A DNA stretch of 64,000 nucleotides from assembly GCF_009914755.1 (NCBI RefSeq), contig NC_060942.1; one strand, written 5' to 3'. Shown here in pieces: positions 61,591-64,000 of this stretch. Each line of letters starts with the position of its first letter. The first letter of the stretch is position 1. The notes below the pieces were generated by a model. That model saw only the letters and a list, made by a program, of their open reading frames with translations. It searched no databases and had not been told where the DNA came from. The position numbers were made by a program, and so were the translations under genes. This stretch comes from the human T2T-CHM13v2.0 reference genome, Homo sapiens.

Positions 61591-62729
61591 AAGCAAACGG
61601 TAGCAGTGGGTGGGAGTGTTGAGAAAGTGAATGATGGACTGATGGGCTCTTTTGCAAACCAGAGTTTTCAGTTGAAGGAGGAAATAATCATGTTGTTTAT
61701 TTGTTTCTCACCTGTCAGCTAATCAAGTGATTTGTTTCATTGACAGATGAACTAAGAAAGTTCTTATTTCTAGTGGTAAAGCATTCACAATAATTTAATC
61801 TTATCAGTAAAACTGAGAAGTTGTTCGGAGAATTGAATATCATTTCTATGCCCAAATTCCCTTCCCATTTCTATTTATTTATGTGAACAAGTTTTTCACA
61901 GTTTTATATATATTATATATTATATATATATATATATAATATATATATGAAAATAGGAATAAAATCCATGCCAACTTAGTCTCAGGCTGTCATCTACAGA
62001 TACATTAAAAATTGCAAAAGCCCTCTAAACTATTAAACAAATAGCACCATTCACCTTTCAGGAGCTTCATTCTCAATGTATTTCCTTTATATTTTATATT
62101 TACTTTCTGTTTAATGACTTAAAATATGTAATATTTAGGTACTTTGATCAACTGTTCACTGAAAACAATGGTAAAGATAATTTAATCCAGAAAAATTTTA
62201 AATACAGAGCTTTAAGATCGAAGTAAATAATTTTTTAAAATTTCAATGTGTACACCTATTTTTGTTACAGAAACATAAGGAAGTTCAATAAAAGACTTTT
62301 AGACAGAAAAACACATTCCATTAGGATATAATTCTGTAGAAAACGTGGAAGGGCAGAGGTCCGGAGCCCGGGTCTGTGAACTGCCTTTGCCCCCAGGCCC
62401 TCAGACCTTGCCCTCCGTGCTGAGATTTAGAGGCTGGAGGCCCTAATGACTGCTGATCTCATATCAGGTGAGAGCTCATCTCCTTGATGATAACAGGCAT
62501 CATTAAGCCCTAATTAGTCAGGCCACAGGAAGCTGGTATCTATTATTTAAAGGAAAGCAAAACACATTTTCCTTCTTCTTTGGTAGAACAGGAAGCAAGG
62601 CCACATGCTGAGCAGGAGGAGCCAGCACAGGGTGGAGTAGTGAAGGGCCACTCTGCCGCAGCCGCGTCTCAATGATGAGCCTATATGTATTTCCCACTGG
62701 GCACAGCGGAGCGTCAGGGATTGAGTGGG

Positions 62730-62731
<2 letters not shown>

Positions 62732-62773
<42 letters not shown>
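62732..62773. repeat. (GT)n microsatellite, about 21 units
   Basis: Direct reading. Confidence 0.95.
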
Positions 62774-62776
<3 letters not shown>

Positions 62777-62944
62777 GCTTATTTGCTTCACAAAGTCATT
62801 CTGGACCTCAGTTGAGAGAGAGAGGCTCTGATTCTTTAACTGGTGGCCCCGGGCCCTAGCACCCACTCTGCAGATGGGGAAAGAGAGGAACATTTGTGAG
62901 AGGTTTGGATAAGCCTGGTCCAGAGAAGAGGCACATCATTTAAA

Positions 62945-63248
62945 TTTTTTTTTTTTTTTGAGATAGTCTCACTCTGTTGCCCAGGTTGGAGTGCAATGGT
63001 GCGATCTTGGCTCGCTGCAGCTTCTGCCTCCCTGGTTCAAACGATCCTCTCACGTTAGCCCGGCAACTAGCTGGGACTGCAGGCACATGCCACTGTACCT
63101 GGCTATTTTTTTTTTTTTTTTGTATTTTTTGTAGAGACAGAGTTTCACCATGTTGCCTAGACTGGTCTCAAACTCTTGGGCTCAAGCGATCCACCTGCCC
63201 TGGCCTCCTAAGGGCTGGGATTACAGGTACGATCCACCATGCCTGGCC
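62945..63248 (-). mobile_element. AluJ
   Basis: Antisense Alu with GGGCTCAAGCGATCC left arm. Confidence 0.85.
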
Positions 63249-64000
63249 TTTTTTTTTTTTTTTTTTTTTTTTACTTTAAAGGTTTTAGATATTTCCAACA
63301 ATAAGGAGCTTGAAGGGGCACATCACTTCTGCTCACACTCCATGACTTGAACTTGGTAGTTTGTGGCTTTCCTGGGGGTCCTGGAAGAAGGAGATGCTGG
63401 TTGGCTCCTCAGCTAGCTGTCTCTGCTCTACGGGGGTAGAAGGTTTGAAGACAGCTGAGAAGGTTGGAAATAGCCACTGCAGCACGGGGAGAACAGCTGA
63501 CCAGGAAACACAAGCCTGGTGGGCAGCATTAATGGCCTAGCTGCAGTCTGTGGGGTGGTGGGCTTTCTTCCAGCAGCCTCCAACTATGCCCCTACGAATG
63601 TCAACAGGAGAAGAGTTGGTTAGATCGAGCTTGTGGTTTCAAGGGAGAGACATGTCAGGGGGACAAGGAGGCAAGGGAATTGAAGATCTTGGCAGGAAAG
63701 AATCTGAGGAGCTACCATGTCTATGGTGGATAAGAAGAGAGTGGTCATGGCAGATGGGCGAAAAAGAAAGGGCTCACGTACCTACAGGTCTTGATGAAAC
63801 TGAAGAAGAGATGGAGTGGATGGAAGAGAATGAGAACTGGGAGGCAGGAGATCATATTCCAAGAGGAGTGTGTTTGAATTTAAGGTTTTGGAGTTAGGAC
63901 CATCCTGGATATAGCTGAGATGCTGAGTGTGGCCAAGAGAGGAAGGAGTGGGGTGGAGTGAAGGTAATTTTTTTCCTCTTACTTCTTTGTTTCCCAGACA

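Noticed and set aside
63550-63897. 115-aa Glu/Trp-rich ORF at the window end
   Set aside because: GTG start in purine-rich, L2-like degenerate sequence; no supporting gene structure.

Overview
Human (primate) genomic DNA, very Alu-dense, containing one intact protein-coding gene: PMAIP1 (NOXA, BH3-only pro-apoptotic protein; chr18q21.32 from memory) on the + strand. It has a CpG-island promoter, exon 1 CDS at 24853-24910, last-exon CDS at 27322-27428 and a 3' UTR ending near 28980. Two BH3-less isoforms can be reconstructed exactly from the sequence: 136 aa via a cassette exon at 25103-25253, and 70 aa via intron read-through. The promoter and intron carry recognisable p53, CRE, ISRE, FOXO, E2F, octamer, GC-box/G4 and ATF4-CARE motifs. 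Downstream lies a near full-length, disabled PLEKHB2 (evectin-2) processed pseudogene (about 53822-58795), inserted into an old L1 ORF2 and later hit by four Alus. Also present: a solo LTR10 with a 5-bp TSD about 13 kb upstream of NOXA, a MER41A LTR, several MaLR LTRs, L1/L2/MIR/MER5 relics, microsatellites and a very young AluY(c1-like). I found no clearly new biological system. The best leads are regulatory: a decayed p53-type LTR10, an intronic CARE, a downstream ARE/AP-1 cluster, a G4/GR-repeat at the exon 1 donor, and an unexplained diverged 180-bp direct repeat. Repeat subfamily calls and literature points are from memory, not database searches. Many further Alus are present but not itemised. 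Nearly all ORFs in the supplied track are Alu or chance ORFs.
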